Shown in pieces: positions 10,701 to 24,778 of a DNA stretch of 64,000 nt. The stretch lies in contig NIVC01001975.1 of assembly GCA_002269645.1 (NCBI GenBank), positions 152,820-216,819 of the forward strand, read 5' to 3'. The DNA is from Macrostomum lignano (taxonomy: Eukaryota). How positions within the stretch are numbered: the stretch's first letter is position 1; each line of letters opens with the position of its first letter. The notes under the pieces were generated by a model that made no database searches, was not told the origin of the DNA, and was given only the letters and a program-made list of their open reading frames with translations. The position numbers were made by a program, and so were the translations under genes.

Positions 10701-13700
10701 AACCGTCGTGCCGTCCAGCTTCAGCCTGAGGGCGAGCTTCTCAACAGAGCCCGAGGCGCCGGGGAGTCCGCCGCGCGACCTCAAGATCAGCCGGTCCACC
10801 CTGCCAATGTCCGTTATGCTGTCCTGGCTGCCGCCGCTCGAGCCCAATGGTAAAATTACAAAGTACACGGTGCTCTATCGGCCGGTTAGTTCGAATAGTG
10901 CCAAACCGGCCGGTTCCGAGCACGCTATGCCGACAGCAGAGACTCAGGTGGTCATCACCGGTTTGAGAACGTCTACGCACTATTATTTCCGGGTTCGAGC
11001 CGGAAATAGCGAAGGATTCGGGCCGGATAGCGACGCGATCGAGTTTATGATGCCGGACTGTGAGTGCCGTGGATTGTGTTTGATTCTTGTGAATCTGGTT
11101 GGGATTCTTGTGAATCTGGTTGGGATTCTTGTGAATCTGGTTCGGGATTCTTGTGAATCTGGTTGGGATTCTGGTGAATGTCGTTGGGATTCTTGTGAAT
11201 CTAGTTGGGATTCTGGTGAATCTGGTTAGGATTCTTGTGAATCTTGTCGGGATTCTTGTGAATCTGGTTGGGATTCTTGTGAATCTTGTCGGGATTCTTG
11301 TGAATCTGGTTGGGATTCTGGTGAATGTCGTTGGGATTCTTGTGAATCTGGTTGGGATTCTTGTGAATCTGGTTGGGATTCTTGTGAATCTGGTTGGGAT
11401 TCTTGTAAATCTTGTTGGGATTGATGTGACCCTAATACTTCAGCACTAATCACTCACTCCGCAGCGTCTGGTCAGGGCGGCGGCGTGGTTTACAACACGG
11501 ACTCCGTGCTGCAGCGTGGTGAGTCAACTGTCAACTTTTCAGAGTAGTAAGTTAAAATTTCCTTTTTAAACTCTTTGTTTCCCTAACTCCCCCCCCCCGA
11601 ACAAAGACTCATCGGACGGGGCCGAGTCGGACGGCCTGTCCAGCCGGCGCTGGTGGCTGCTGATTGGCGGCGTGTTCGGCCTGGCCCTGCTGCTGCTGGC
11701 CGTCTCCACAGCCGTGGTCTGCATGTGCCAGCAGCGCCGGCCGCGCCGCTCCGCCGACAGCCAACAGCGCGCCCGCGGCGCCAAAGAGAGCGCCAGCCTG
11801 ATCGGCGGCGGGCCCGAGCAGCAGCAGCAGCAGCATCCGCAGTCGCCTCCTCAGTCGCAGCAGTCGATGCAGCCGCCGCCGGGACCCGGCATGCTCAGTA
11901 CGGCGTCGCCTCTGTCGATGCCGCCAAGTTCCACGGCGGCCCTGCTGGCCAGCCACCAGCTGCAGCACCAGCTCCAGCAGCAGCAGCAGCATCACCATCG
12001 CCAGCTGCAGCACCAGCTCCAGCAGCAGCAGCACACACCGGATTTATGCCGTCACGCCGATTTCGAACTTCGAGCCATGCCCGCCGACTATGCCGGGGTT
12101 GGCGCTCGTCCGATGGTGTCGATGCAGCTGCCGCCGCCGCCGCCGCCGCAGATGCTGCTGGAATCGGGGCCGGTGCCGAACCCGTCAGTAGCCGGGCATT
12201 TCCGGAATCTGTCCAACTCAGGCAGCGGCTCCTATTCGCATCAGCAGGGCGGCCAGCGGCTGAACTCCGTTGCTTCGCCGCCTAGGGTCGACGCACCTGA
12301 CTTTTCCTCGCGTGAGTCGCCGTTTCGATTGGTCTGGGTAGTGTTGGGTAGAACAGTGGCAATGCTCTGAGTAGAGGGAGTGGCAATGCTCTGAGTAGAG
12401 GGAGTGCGAGTCTCTGAGTAGAGGGAGTTACAATGCTCTGAGTAGAGAGAGTGCGAGTCTCTGAGTAGAGGGAGTTACAATGCTCTGAGTAGAGAGAGTG
12501 CGAGTCTCTGAGTAGAGGGAGTTACAATGCTCTGAGTAGAGGGAGTGACAATGCTCTGGGTAGAGGGAGTGGCAATTATCTGAGTAGAGGGAGTGACAAT
12601 TCTCTGAGTAGAGGGAGTGACAATTCTCTGAGTAGAGGGAGTGACAATGCTCTGAGTAGAGGGAGTGGCAATGCTCTGAGTAGAGGGAGTGACAATGCTC
12701 TGGGTAGAGGGAGTGGCAATTATCTGAGTAGAGGGAGTGACAATTCTCTGAGTAGAGGGAGTGACAATTCTCTGAGTAGAGGGAGTGACAATGCTCTGAG
12801 TAGAGGGAGTGGCAATGCTCTGAGTAGAGGGAGTGGCAATGCTCTGAGTAGAGGGAGTGACAATGCTCTGGGTAGAGGGAGTGGCAATGCTCTGGGTAGA
12901 GGGAGTGGCAATGCTCTGAGTAGAGGGAGTGGCAATGCTCTGAGTAGAGGGAGTGACAATGCTCTGGGTAGAGGGAGTGGCAATGCTCTGAGTAGAGGGA
13001 GTGACAATTATCTGAGTAGAGGGAGTGACAATGCTCTGTGTAGAGGGAGTGGCAATGCTCTGAGTAGAGGGAGTGGCAATGCTCTGAGTAGAGGGAGTGG
13101 CAATGCTCTAAGTAGAGGGAGTGACAATGCTCTGGGTAGAGGGAGTGACAATTCTCTGAGTAGAGGGAGTGACAATGCTCTGAGTAGGGGGGTGGAGTGA
13201 CAATGCTCTGAGTAGGGGGGTGGAGTGACAATGCTCTGAGTAGGGGGGTGGAGTGACAATGCTCTGAGTAGGGGGGTGGAGTGACAATGCTCTGAGTAAG
13301 AGGGGGAGTGACATGTAAGAGTGACAATGCCCATGTAAGAGTGACAATGTCCATGTAAGAATGAAAATGCCCATGCAAGAGTGACAATGCCCATGTAAGA
13401 GTGACAATGTCCCGAACCCCGCCCACCTGCAGCCGGCAAGCTGTCTAGTCCCCATTCGAGTCTCAGCTCGTCCATCGGCTCGGCTTCAAAGCAGCGACAC
13501 GCAGCCGCTGCCGGCTCCCTGATGTCAACGTCGACGCATTCGAGGCCGTACCCTGCGCCGGACATTCTGAGCCCGGCGTCCGGTCAGAGGCAGCACCAGC
13601 AGCAGCACCCGCACCAGCAGCAGCAGCAGCTCAGGAACAGCCAAGCCACTGTAGGCAGCCTCACTCTGGAGAGTCAGAACTCTCGAAATGTAAGCTGGGG

Positions 13701-16348
13701 CTTACAAGCTAGGCCAAGCTAATCTCCCATTTGTTACGATGCACTGTTGCACTTTTCCGGTGCGCTCGTTCCGCTACTGGCGGCTGGTGCATCCAAACAC
13801 TTTGTGCATCGTTTAAGATAACGTTGATCTCCGCTCTGACATCCTTCGCTCGACTTTAACGTCCATCTGACACTGCATGGATCCATCTGACACTACATAA
13901 ATCCATTTGACATACATGGATCCCTCTGACACCCCATGGACCCCCTGACACCCCATGGAGTCTTCTGACACCCCATGAATCCCTCTGACACCCCATGAAT
14001 CCCTCTGACACCCCATGTATTCCTCTGACATCCCATAGATCCTTCTGACATATCATAGGTCCCTCTGACACCCATGGATCCCTCTGAGATATCATAGGTC
14101 CCTCTGACACCCCATGGATCCCTCTGAGATATCATAGGTCCCTCTGACACCCCATGGATCCCTCTGAGATATCATAGGTCCCTCTGACACCCCACGGATC
14201 CCTCTGACACCCCATGGATTCCTCTGACACCCCATGTATTCCTCTGACACCCCATAGATCCTTCTGACATATCATAGGTCCCTCTGACACCCCATGGATC
14301 CCTCTGAGATATCATAGGTCCCTCTGACACCCCATGGATCCCCTGACACCTTATGGATCCCTCTGAGATATCATAGGTCCCTCTGACACCCCATGGATCC
14401 CTCTGAGATATCATAGGTCCCTCTGACACCCCACGGATCCCTCTGACACCCCATGGATTCCTCTGACACCCCATGTATTCCTCTGACACCCCATAGATCC
14501 TTCTGACATATCATAGGTCCCTCTGACACCCCATGGATCCCTCTGAGATATCATAGGTCCCTCTGACACCCCATGGATCCCCTGACACCTTATGGATCCC
14601 TCTGAGATATCATAGGTCCCTCTGACACCCCATGGATCCCTCTGAGATATCATAGGTCCCTCTGACACCCCACGGATCCCTCTGACACCCCATGGATTCC
14701 TCTGACACCCCATGTATTCCTCTGACACCCCATAGATCCTTCTGACATATCATAGGTCCCTCTGACACCCCATGGATCCCTCTGAGATATCATAGGTCCC
14801 TCTGACACCCCACGGATCCCTCTGAGATATCATAGGTCCCTCTGACACCCCATGGATCCTTCTGACATATCATAGGTCCCTCTGACACCCCATGGATCCC
14901 CTGACACCTTATGGATCCCTCTGAGATATCATAGGTCCCTCTGACACCCCATGGATCCCTCTGAGATACTATAGGTCCCTCTGACACCCCATGGATCCCT
15001 CTGAGATATCATAGGTCCCTCTGACACCCCATGGATCCTTCTGACATATCATAGGTCCCTCTGACACCCCATGGATCCCCTGACACCTTATGGATCCCTC
15101 TGAGATATCATAGGTCCCTCTGACACCCCATGGATCCCTCTGAGATACTATAGGTCCCTCTGACACCCCATGGATCCCTCTGAGATATCATAGGTCCCTC
15201 TGACACCCCATGGATCCTTCTGACATATCATAGGTCCCTCTGACACCCCATGGATCCCCTGACACCTTATGGATCCCTCTGAGATATCATAGGTCCCTCT
15301 GACACCCCATGGATCCCTCTGAGATACTATAGGTCCCTCTGACACCCCATGGATCCCTCTGAGATATCATAGGTCCCTCTGACACCCCATGGATCCCTCT
15401 GACACCTCATGGATCCCCTGACGCCCCAAGGGTCCCTCTGACACCTCATGGATCCCCTGACGCCCCAAGGGTCCCTCTGACACCCCATGGATTCCTCTGA
15501 GATATCATAGGTCCCTCTGACACCCCACGGATCCCTCTGACACCCCATGGATTCCTCTGACACCCCATGTATTCCTCTGACACCCCATAGATCCTTCTGA
15601 CATATCATAGGTCCCTCTGACACCCCATGGATCCCTCTGAGATATCATAGGTCCCTCTGACACCCACGGATCCCTCTGAGATATCATAGGTCCCTCTGAC
15701 ACCCCATGGATCCTTCTGACATATCATAGGTCCCTCTGACACCCCATGGATCCCCTGACACCTTATGGATCCCTCTGAGATATCATAGGTCCCTCTGACA
15801 CCCCATGGATCCCTCTGAGATACTATAGGTCCCTCTGACACCCCATGGATCCCTCTGAGATATCATAGGTCCCTCTGACACCCCATGGATCCTTCTGACA
15901 TATCATAGGTCCCTCTGACACCCCATGGATCCCCTGACACCTTATGGATCCCTCTGAGATATCATAGGTCCCTCTGACACCCCATGGATCCCTCTGAGAT
16001 ACTATAGGTCCCTCTGACACCCCATGGATCCCTCTGAGATATCATAGGTCCCTCTGACACCCCATGGATCCCTCTGACACCTCATGGATCCCCTGACGCC
16101 CCAAGGGTCCCTCTGACACCCCATGGATTCCTCTGACATATCATGTCCCTCTGACACACACTGATCCATCTGATAACTTACGGATCCTGCTGACATCCCT
16201 ATGATAATCCAGATTGTAATTAATGCAAAGTTTCTCCCGCCCACAATTTCAGTTTAACCTGTCCACGGAGGACATGGACATGACAAAGACTCTGGACGGC
16301 CTCATTCAAGATCTGAAAGGCCTCACAACCCGCGAGTTCGAGTGCTGA
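6512..16348 (+). CDS. DCC: DCC/neogenin/frazzled-like netrin receptor, 3' part (exons 6512-6766, 9703-9795, 10418-11059, 11465-11518, 11607-12311, 13433-13689, 16253-16348)
   Basis: Phase-compatible GT-AG junctions traced by hand. Three FN3 domains; the last (SPPRDL...SWLPPLEPNGKITKYTVLY) resembles DCC FN6. Transmembrane segment WWLLIGGVFGLALLLLAVSTAVVCMC. Terminal exon MTKTLDGLIQDLKGLTTREFEC resembles the P3 motif of DCC/frazzled. Confidence 0.85.
6878..7330. repeat. Intronic minisatellite, about 23-bp unit GGGATAGATGGGATCTAGATGAY
   Basis: Direct tandem copies visible. Confidence 0.95.
8660..9018 (-). mobile_element. Putative tRNA-derived SINE in a DCC intron
   Basis: Minus strand begins GGGGCCGTAGCCCAGCGG (A box) and has GGCTCGATTCC (B box, one mismatch) about 50 nt downstream, then a non-tRNA body. 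3' boundary approximate. Confidence 0.55.
10101..10392. repeat. Degenerate (GACA/GATA/GGTA)n microsatellite
   Basis: Direct inspection; ends just before the splice acceptor at 10417. Confidence 0.9.
11084..11420. repeat. 21-bp minisatellite GGGATTCTTGTGAATCTGGTT
   Basis: Tandem copies starting about 25 nt after the donor at 11060. Confidence 0.95.
12360..13410. repeat. 24-bp minisatellite GTGRCAATGCTCTGAGTAGAGGGA grading into a 20-bp variant
   Basis: About 40 tandem copies filling the intron 12312-13432. Confidence 0.95.
13860..16150. repeat. About 20-bp minisatellite (CCCTCTGACACCCCATGGAT / CCCTCTGAGATATCATAGGT) with higher-order blocks
   Basis: Alternating unit variants; ORF-track peptides recur at 179-nt (14790/14969/15148) and 239-nt (14172/14411) spacing. 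Confidence 0.95.
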
Positions 16349-19126
16349 CTGGCTTACAAGAACAATTTTTCTGTACAAAGGCACGCAGCTGAGACAGACA
16401 GATCATCAGCCCCTTTCATTCTTTAGATAGTCTATATACAAAATTTACGTATCAGTTTTTTACCTGAGTGCTTATACTTTTTCTATACTTATTCTTACAT
16501 GTGTTTTATCGAGTCAGTTTAGTCCAATGACTATATTTTGGGCCACTGTTTTGTACCTGAGTACTAATTAACTAGTATTTCCTGCTCCAAGCAGCTCTTG
16601 ATTTTGACCGGTTGTTTGCGCGCGCGCGTCTCTTTTCGTTTCAATTACCTTTTTCCCCAGCTGCAACTCTCCTACTGCTTCTTTGCTTCTTTCATGCCTT
16701 TTTCGTTGTTACTACTTACTATACTACTTACTCTACGCGCACAGATCAAGTTGTTTTTATAAGGTTGTGTGTAACTGGCCTCTTTTTTTACGCGCAAATT
16801 TGAATAGTTTGGTTTCTAAACGGCGTTCCTGTTCGTTAGTTTATTTTTTGTGTGCACTTTGCATTTCTAGGAATAAAAATTGGGGGAGCGGCTTTTCTAG
16901 TCCAAGGGGCAAATCAAATAAACAGCAGTTTTTTTATCAATTCTCTTGCACTATTATAATAAAAGCTCAGCGAACTGTTGACTATTGTTGCAATTTCACG
17001 TCGTATGTCAATCGTATGTAACCTACATGTAAATTGATCTACTGTACATCCGAATCATAACTATAAATATACTCACTTTTTATCTGTCTTACCTGATTAA
17101 ATTTATACACCTTCTTCCGTTGTTTGTTCATCGATTTCGGTCACGTGACTTGGTCAAAGCTCAAACTGCAATAAATCACGGAGCGTATTTGCCTGCTTTT
17201 AATGGTATTCCAAATCTTGCAAGCATGAATGCTTAAAAACGACTGTGAATAAATAAATTTTTGATTGTTCAAAGACATTCAAAGACAAAGTTAACATGCG
17301 CACATACATATACATGTAAACCTTTGAATCAAATTAAAATGTATTCACTTTAAAATGCAGTTAACGAGATATGGGATTTTTAACCACAAAATTGTCTATT
17401 TCTTATCTTTGAACACCGAAGATCATGGGAAGCTGCCTACAAGCTTTATGGACTTTGGTCATGGAAATGTACTATTGGAAAACAGCTGAAAGTGTAACTA
17501 TTATTAATTGAGATTTATCAACAGATTATTCTCGTCCTACAATTTTAAGGATGGGATCAAAACCCTTTTTTGATGAACTAACTCTACGAAATTATGATCC
17601 GTATAGACGACACTTCAATTGCGCTTCTCTTGTTTTCTATATTGGCAACTGCACTTGTCTAATTGATCGGACTGGAATCAAACTGAAACTCAATTTTTAT
17701 AGTTGAAGAGTAAAGCTGCATAAATAAATTTTGTGACATTGCAAGTGTGTCATCCAACCTGATTAAATATAATTAAGCGAACCTGCATAAAAACGTTAGA
17801 GCGAAAACAGTTAAACAAAATATTCCACAAAAAACTTGCGAATATAGATTTCGTTGTAGAGTAAATTAAAAAGTAGCTTTAAAAACTCATTAAGGTGATA
17901 AAAGTTTCTTTTAGTTGAAATGTAAATTGCCCTCGAGTACAGGAGAACGTTTTTTCAAATTTTCGTGGTTTGCCAAACCGTGCTACGTGCTGCTGCAGTT
18001 ATTGGATTCAATAAAGTTTCAGGTAAGTTCGTAGATCATTTTTTACATGTACATCGATTAAAAATTAGTTGACTTCCAATTTTAGGTTCTTAAGTATTGA
18101 AAGAACTGTAGAAAAATTGTTCAACCGATTTCATTTTTTTACAATGCTAGCATGCAGTACTAGTGCTTTTTTGCATACAGTATTTTTTTAAATACTTAAG
18201 GAGTGCGATTAGTGAAGTATAGTCAGATGCTTGCAAATAACTTGCATCGTATGTGTTAAATTATATATTGGCAATAAGCTATAAAACAATAGTAAAACAG
18301 TATTCATATCAAAAGGTGACTATGACATTAACCAGAACATATAGATATTGAAAAAGCAAAAAAAACAGTATACATTGAGTACTTAAACTTAACCCATTGT
18401 ATTCTCAAATTATTTAAAACAGAAAATCAACTGTTTATAAATAGTTTTTTTAACGATTTTTACAATCAATGCTTTAACTAATTTTTATGATGATCCTTAC
18501 CACTCCTAGATTTCAGGGTAATAAAATAAAATTTTTTAATTTCTTAAATGCTGTTACTTTTTCTACGCTTATTCTGAACTTTTATTTTGGTCGATTTTTA
18601 CAATATAGTATTAAAATTCTTATATTTCACAATTTTTTTATTTAAGCCACCTGCCTTTATTGATAAATGTACAAACACAAATAAAATACATACTATTGCA
18701 ACTCAATAAATTTTATCTAATGCATTTGAAATGCATTTAAACTATTAAGCTTTGCAACTTCTTTGAAGTTATATTTTCTAAGGTATGCTGATAGTAAGAG
18801 GCTAGCTTAATCCACAATTAATGATCTATAAACTTTAATTTAAAAGTAAAATGCTGTTACTATTATTTGCTATTATTTGTTTTGAATAAAAAGTCACCAT
18901 TAAAAAGAAACTAATTAATCTCTAGCTCATAATAACTCATGACTCATTATTTGAAAACAAATAATAGAATGATGGAACCAGATGATGGAACAACCAATGA
19001 AATCTATAAGGATATTTATTTTAATCACGTATAAGTTAATGCCTTTTAAATTAAAAAATGCACCATTATGCCTTGTAGTTATAACTTTATTAAGCAACCT
19101 ATTCTTTCAGAACAATCAAGTTGCTA

Positions 19127-21384
19127 ATGGCAATGATGGAACAGCACAGCAGCACCTATCACGAGTTAGTCCCATGCAACCCGCAAGATTTCTCAGCGCA
19201 GGAAAGACCGACCGACTGCGTCACCGGGCCCGTTCTGCAGTGCGCCACCTGCGACAAGCCGTTCCTATTCGAGAGTCACATGCTGCAGCACCAGCGGGTC
19301 CATCTGCTATCCTTCCTGCGCCGGTCCTTGGCCAGGCGATCCAACGGTTTCCGCGTCGTCTGCACCCTCAGCCTGGAAGCGGCCACGATGCCGCTGTCCA
19401 GGATGGCCTCGGCCGAGCCGCTGCCGCTTGATCCGGTTCGAATCAGGGCTAGGGAGAAGTTCAACGACCAGCTCGATGTTCTGAGTTTGACTGGCGATAG
19501 GGCGCTCAATATCTGGCCGCGCAGGTGCGAGATCCCATTTGCTAGTGGCATAATCACATCAGTAGATGCACCAGAGAATTTAGCCTATTGAGCTTTGGTA
19601 ATGGGGGCCTATCGAGAAGCTCGCATAATATAAGGAGGCCTAACGCACCTGACTCAAAGACTACTCAAAGCAAAGTTGTTTTTTAACTACAATGATTTTA
19701 ACATTGAGAAAAATAAGACAATATTGACTTTTAGGCGTAGGCTTTTCATAAATATGGCCTATATTAGCCTAATATAATTAAACGCCTTCCATTCTACTTT
19801 ACTGAAGGCTCATTACTGTTTGTAAAGATTATAATTTATAAAATTATTACTTAATATTAGCTAAGCATGAAAAATAAGATTCTTAAAACGAATGAATCGA
19901 GTTGTGCAACATTTGTTTCCGGTAAAACCTAAATTCCTAAAATTTTCCGAGAAACTTTAGGAGTCCTTGGTCTGACACTATATATTGCACTGCAGACGAG
20001 CCTACGAGTGCCGCCTGTGCCGCCTGCAGTTCGGCCTCAAACGAGTGGCGCTCGATCACGCCGAGCAGCACTCGCAGTCGGCTAAGTGCAATTTCTGCGG
20101 CCTCGACTGTCAATCAGTGGAAGCAAAATTAGCTCACGAGCGGCGGCAGCACAAGGAGGACATTCGCAAAGCTGTGAAAGCCCGGCGCCAGTCCAAGGCT
20201 GCGAAGGTCAAGGCTGAGGGCGCCGCGGCAGATTCGAGCAGCGCTCAGGGTAGGGTGGATTCCAAGAGCTCAAATGCTGGGCAGAAGAAATGTCAAGTAG
20301 GGGATTCAAGGGTCTAGGCCTTGGGGAATTACCTGCGGGAGATTTTCTCGGGTAATTTCCCAGCTTCTCGGGGCGCCAGCTACAGAGGGGGCGCCAGCTA
20401 CAGAGGGGGCGCCAGCTATAGAGGGGGCGACAGATACAGAGGGGGTGCCAGCTACAGAGGGGGCGACAGCTACAGAGGGGGCGACAGCTACAGAGGGGGT
20501 GCCAGCTACAGAGGGGGCGACAGCTACAGAGGGGGTGCCAGCTACAGAGGGGGGGTGACAGATACAGAGGGTCAGGCGCATTTTTATTATAGTATAATCA
20601 CTTTTATTACTATCTCAACCTGTTCTCCGGCATCCTGCAGCCGCTCAAACTTTCTATCCGCATTTGGAAGCTCCGCTCGCTGGTTCCGCGTTCACCGAGC
20701 AGTATGGTTAGTACGGGTTCGGGTGGCTGTGCTACACTATATTCTGTTATTTTTATGGTTCAAGTTGAATAAAACAAGATTTTCACCCAGCGGGGGAGTC
20801 CGCTAGTCCACTATACTAGTTTTTCTTATCTTCACACTCCGCCCTGCCGATACTCCGCAGCCACCATACTGCAGTGCCAGAACTGTCACTACTGCTTCAC
20901 TAGTCTGGCCGCCCTCACCGATCACGTGACTAATTATCGCTGCCAGCCGGCGCAGCCAAGCGGAGATATCGACCCGTCTGGCGCCTTGGCCTTCGCCATC
21001 GGCAGCTCCGCCGGAGCGACAGACGGCAGCGACGGTCAACAGCAGTCGTCAGCGTCGTCGATGTTTGTCGACGCCGCGTCAGAGTCGCTCCGTCTGGTGT
21101 CCAGCAACGAGCTGCAGTGCATCCAGGGCCTGTACCATCTCAGGGGCGCCGTCGGCGAGGCCGCCCAGCCGCAGGACCAGCCGCAGCCAATCTACTATGT
21201 TGACAGCTCGGCCATCGATCCCCGGCTCTACATGCCGGTTAGCGAGGCCGGCTACCTGCCTGTAGAGAGCCTGGCCCAGCAGCAGCAGCAGTACTACTAT
21301 GCCTATCCGGCCCCGCCGATGCCTCAGCAGGAATTGCCGTCGCAGCCTGAGCCCGACGAGCAGTCAAATATTGGCGACTCCTGA
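19127..21384 (+). CDS. C2H2 zinc-finger protein (exons about 19127-19524, 19996-20296, 20947-21384)
   Basis: CATCDKPFLFESHMLQHQRVH, CRLCRLQF...HAEQH and CNFCGLDC...HERRQH; Q/P-rich acidic tail. The first junction is phase-consistent; the second donor is uncertain. Confidence 0.7.
20372..20575. repeat. 18-bp minisatellite AGCTACAGAGGGGGCGCC
   Basis: About 11 tandem copies in an intron of the zinc-finger gene. Confidence 0.9.
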
Positions 21385-22835
21385 GACTTCTCTCTCGCCC
21401 AGTCGATATATGCTACTGATGAGCAGTAGTTAGATCGTTTTGCTCAGAAAAAGCGAAAAAAAAATTTAACTAGCTTTGGTTTTCCTTTTGTTTTGAACTT
21501 ATTAGACCGGTTTACGTTTTGCTGAGTTTTGAAGAAATTTTTTAATATAGAAAATTATATAAAAAACACTTCATTTATTGTTTCTGTGTTTCCTGCTTAT
21601 CTGTTTTGACAATTCGCTGTCAGTTATTTGTTGTTAAATTACAATAAACCGATTTTCGTGGATGTTTACAACTGTTAATGGTTTATTTTTGTGTTTTTTC
21701 AGTTCTTTTTTCGTCTTCTGGCCATTCGGTATTGTTGCAGATGTTTACACAACGTTTTCTTGAGCTTTTGAGGCCATTTATAATTGTCAATTTCTGGTAA
21801 TAATAAAAATCTGCTAGACCTGCAACCACTCCAAAGTGGCTCATTGATATATTTTGTTCTTACTTTATTGCTTTAACGGTTTTCGGTTGGTTACAGTTAT
21901 AATCTGCTGGAGCTACTAAGATATCTTGTAGGCTGCAGTAGTTCTTGAGCACAAGCAGCGATGTCGCATGCGGTGCTGCTCAGATAAGACATTTATGACT
22001 TGTCCGTTATCGCGTTCCAAGGATTAAATGAGCTAAGCTTTCAATAAAATGAAGTCTGGCCATTGAGTACAAGTTAAGTCTGTAACTGGTCTGAGATCTG
22101 GCTTGGCAGCAGCCCCATTGTCACACTGTGTAGCCACTGCGACTGCTTCGGATTGTGCTCAAATTCCGATAAAGCAACCCTACAGAGTAAGATAACAGAC
22201 CCGAGTCAGTAGCTCTATAGGCGCAAATTTTATATTTGCTTGTTGTACAGACCTGCGCATTGGGTACGGTCGATGCTTTCAGTCATGTGGGCTCCAAGGG
22301 CACATGGCAGTTTAAATTTTATTTAACCAAATACCTATGCAATTCAATAGAAGTACGTAAATATGTATATATAAAATTTGTACTTTTACTGGATTATTTG
22401 CAATCAGAAATTTATATAGGAAATTATAGAATCACAGGCAAAAAATGGTGAAAACAGTAACAAGAGCGGCATTCTGGATAGCATAAGGCATGACACGGAT
22501 TAGTGAAAAGTTCAAGGTTTTTATGCTTCTCAAAAATAGTTCATCTCGAAGACTGGGGATATTTTTTACGAGCTATCTTTGCGAAATGATGTCGAGCAAG
22601 GAATATATTTTTTGTAATCTCGTTTGTGTTGTAATCTCGTTTTAATTTAGGCGAACCAGCAGAGTAACAGGGTTTTATTAAGCATCTGTCTCTGTCTACA
22701 GTTCATTTCAATCTTCATATTAAATTAATTCCCCCGATACTCCGGAGCCTCTTACCCGCAAACAACGATTTTTTTGTTTAAACGAAGCCAATTAAATTTG
22801 GCGCGAATTCAAAAATGGAAGAGTCAAATTCTCTG

Positions 22836-23473
22836 TTACATCCGTTGATAGGAGCGACCTGTTCGCCGTTTGTAGAACGTGAAGGCGAACAGGCCGAGGG
22901 CTACCAGGCCAGCGCCCAGGGCGATGCCGCCAACAAACGAGCCGGCGTCGAAGCCGCCAGACGGCGGAGCTGTCGTCGTCGGGGCCTTCGACGTTGTGCC
23001 GCTTGTCGTCGGCGCGGCGGTTGTGCCGGAGCTGTCTGGCGTGCTCTGCGGCTCGGCTGATGTTGAGTTGTCCGATGGGCCGGTCGTTGTGAAGCCGCTT
23101 GTAGATTCTGTTGAGCCAGTCGTCTGGTCGGTTGAGACCGTGGTGTTATTGTCTGCGCTCAGATCCCACTCCGAGTCGTCAAGCTGTGCCACTGAGTCGT
23201 CCAACTGAGGCAGGGGGCTGCCTGCTCAATGAAATTGAGAATAGTTTATCTGCTGGCAAAGCCTGACATAAAGTTACATAAAAATAATAAAAAATGTATA
23301 AAAATGAGTAGTTTTGTTTTATACTAAATGCAGACTCGCAACAGCGCCGAATATAAGCAGAAAACGCGTTGAAACAAACAGACTGCTAGTTGGCACTCAC
23401 AATGATGCACAGCAAAAGCAGCAAAAATTGAAGCAATCAGCAGCAGCGAAATCCTGCTGTTGTAGATCTTCAT
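22836..23473 (-). CDS. CD164/porimin-like sialomucin, paralogue A (exons 23401-23473 and about 22836-23249)
   Basis: Signal-peptide exon MKIYNSRISLLLIASIFAAFAVHH with GTGAGT donor; S/T-rich stalk; FDAGSFVGGIALG transmembrane signature; C-terminal YQRM (YxxPhi). Confidence 0.8.
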
Positions 23474-23969
23474 CCTGGCAAAACCAAAGTATTAAATGAG
23501 TAATAAAATTGCCACGGGGATTACGTAGATAGTTTTCAGACAGCTCTGGTAGATCTGAATACAGAATTCAAATTCTTAATTTAAATTTGCGCCAATAGCG
23601 CTTATCGCTAGCGATTAATTATAACAAGTTATACCGTTGAAAATAGCTTATCAACAATGACTAAAATAATGTGAAGCGTCCTCTTGTATGTTGCTTGTAA
23701 ATAAAGCTGTGAGTATGGCTTTGCTATTTCATTATTTCAACTGAGTCGTAAATTCTGATTAGGCGTTTTTTGCCGAAAGAAAATTTGTTTGCAACGCTAT
23801 ATTGAGGTTGGATTTAATATTAAATTATTATAAACAATAATATGTTGTCAGAAATTATTCATTACGTTTTTATTGCTAGTTTTCAATGTGCATTTTTTAT
23901 GCTTTTGTAACTTACATTGCACTAAGCAACTTAAAAGTGTCGCATGATGGAAAACACGTTCGACGTAGT

Positions 23970-24778
23970 AGCTCGCAAACTTCCACAAGCATCCTTTGGC
24001 TGGCAAACTTCCTCCACAAGCATCCTTTGGCTGGCAAACTTCCTGCACAAGCATCCCTTGGCTGGCAAACTTCCACAAGCATCCTTTGGCTGGCAAACTT
24101 CCTGCACAAGCATCCCTTGGCTGGCAAACTTCCACAAGCATCCTTTGGCTCGCAAACTTCCACAAGCATCCTTTGGCTGGCAAACTTTCACAAGCATCCT
24201 TTGGCTGGCAAACTTCCACAAGCATCCTTTGGCTGGCAAACTTTCACAAGCATCCTTTGGCTGGCAAACTTTCACAAGCATCCTTTGGCTGGCAAACTTC
24301 CACAAGCATCATTTGGCTGGCAAACTTCCACAAGCATCCTTTGGCTCGCAAACTTCCACAAGCATCCTTTGGCTGGCAAACTTTCACAAGCATCCTTTGG
24401 CTGGCAAACTTCCACAAGCATCATTTGGCTGGCAAACTTCCACAAGCATCCTTTGGCTGGCAAACTTCCACAAGCATAATTTGGCTGGCAAACTTCCACA
24501 AGCATCCTTTGGCTCGCAAACTTCCACAAGCATCCTTTGGCTGGCAAACTTTCACAAGCATCCTTTGGCTGGCAAACTTCCACAAGCATCATTTGGCTGG
24601 CAAACTTCCACAAGCATAATTTGGCTGGCAAACTTCCACAAGCATAATTTGGCTGGTAAACTTCCACAAGCATAATTTGGCTCGCAAACTTCCACAAGCA
24701 TAATTTGGCTGGCAAACTTCCACAAGCATAATTTGGCTCGCAAACTTCCACAAGCATCATTTGGCTAGCAAACTTCCG
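23970..24778. repeat. 28-bp minisatellite GGCTGGCAAACTTCCACAAGCATCCTTT
   Basis: About 28 tandem copies between the two sialomucin genes. Confidence 0.95.

Noticed and set aside
12428-16244. His/Cys-rich repeat ORFs (SLYSEHCH, SEGPMISQRD)
   Set aside because: Intronic minisatellite read-through; the true exons flank them in phase on the opposite strand.
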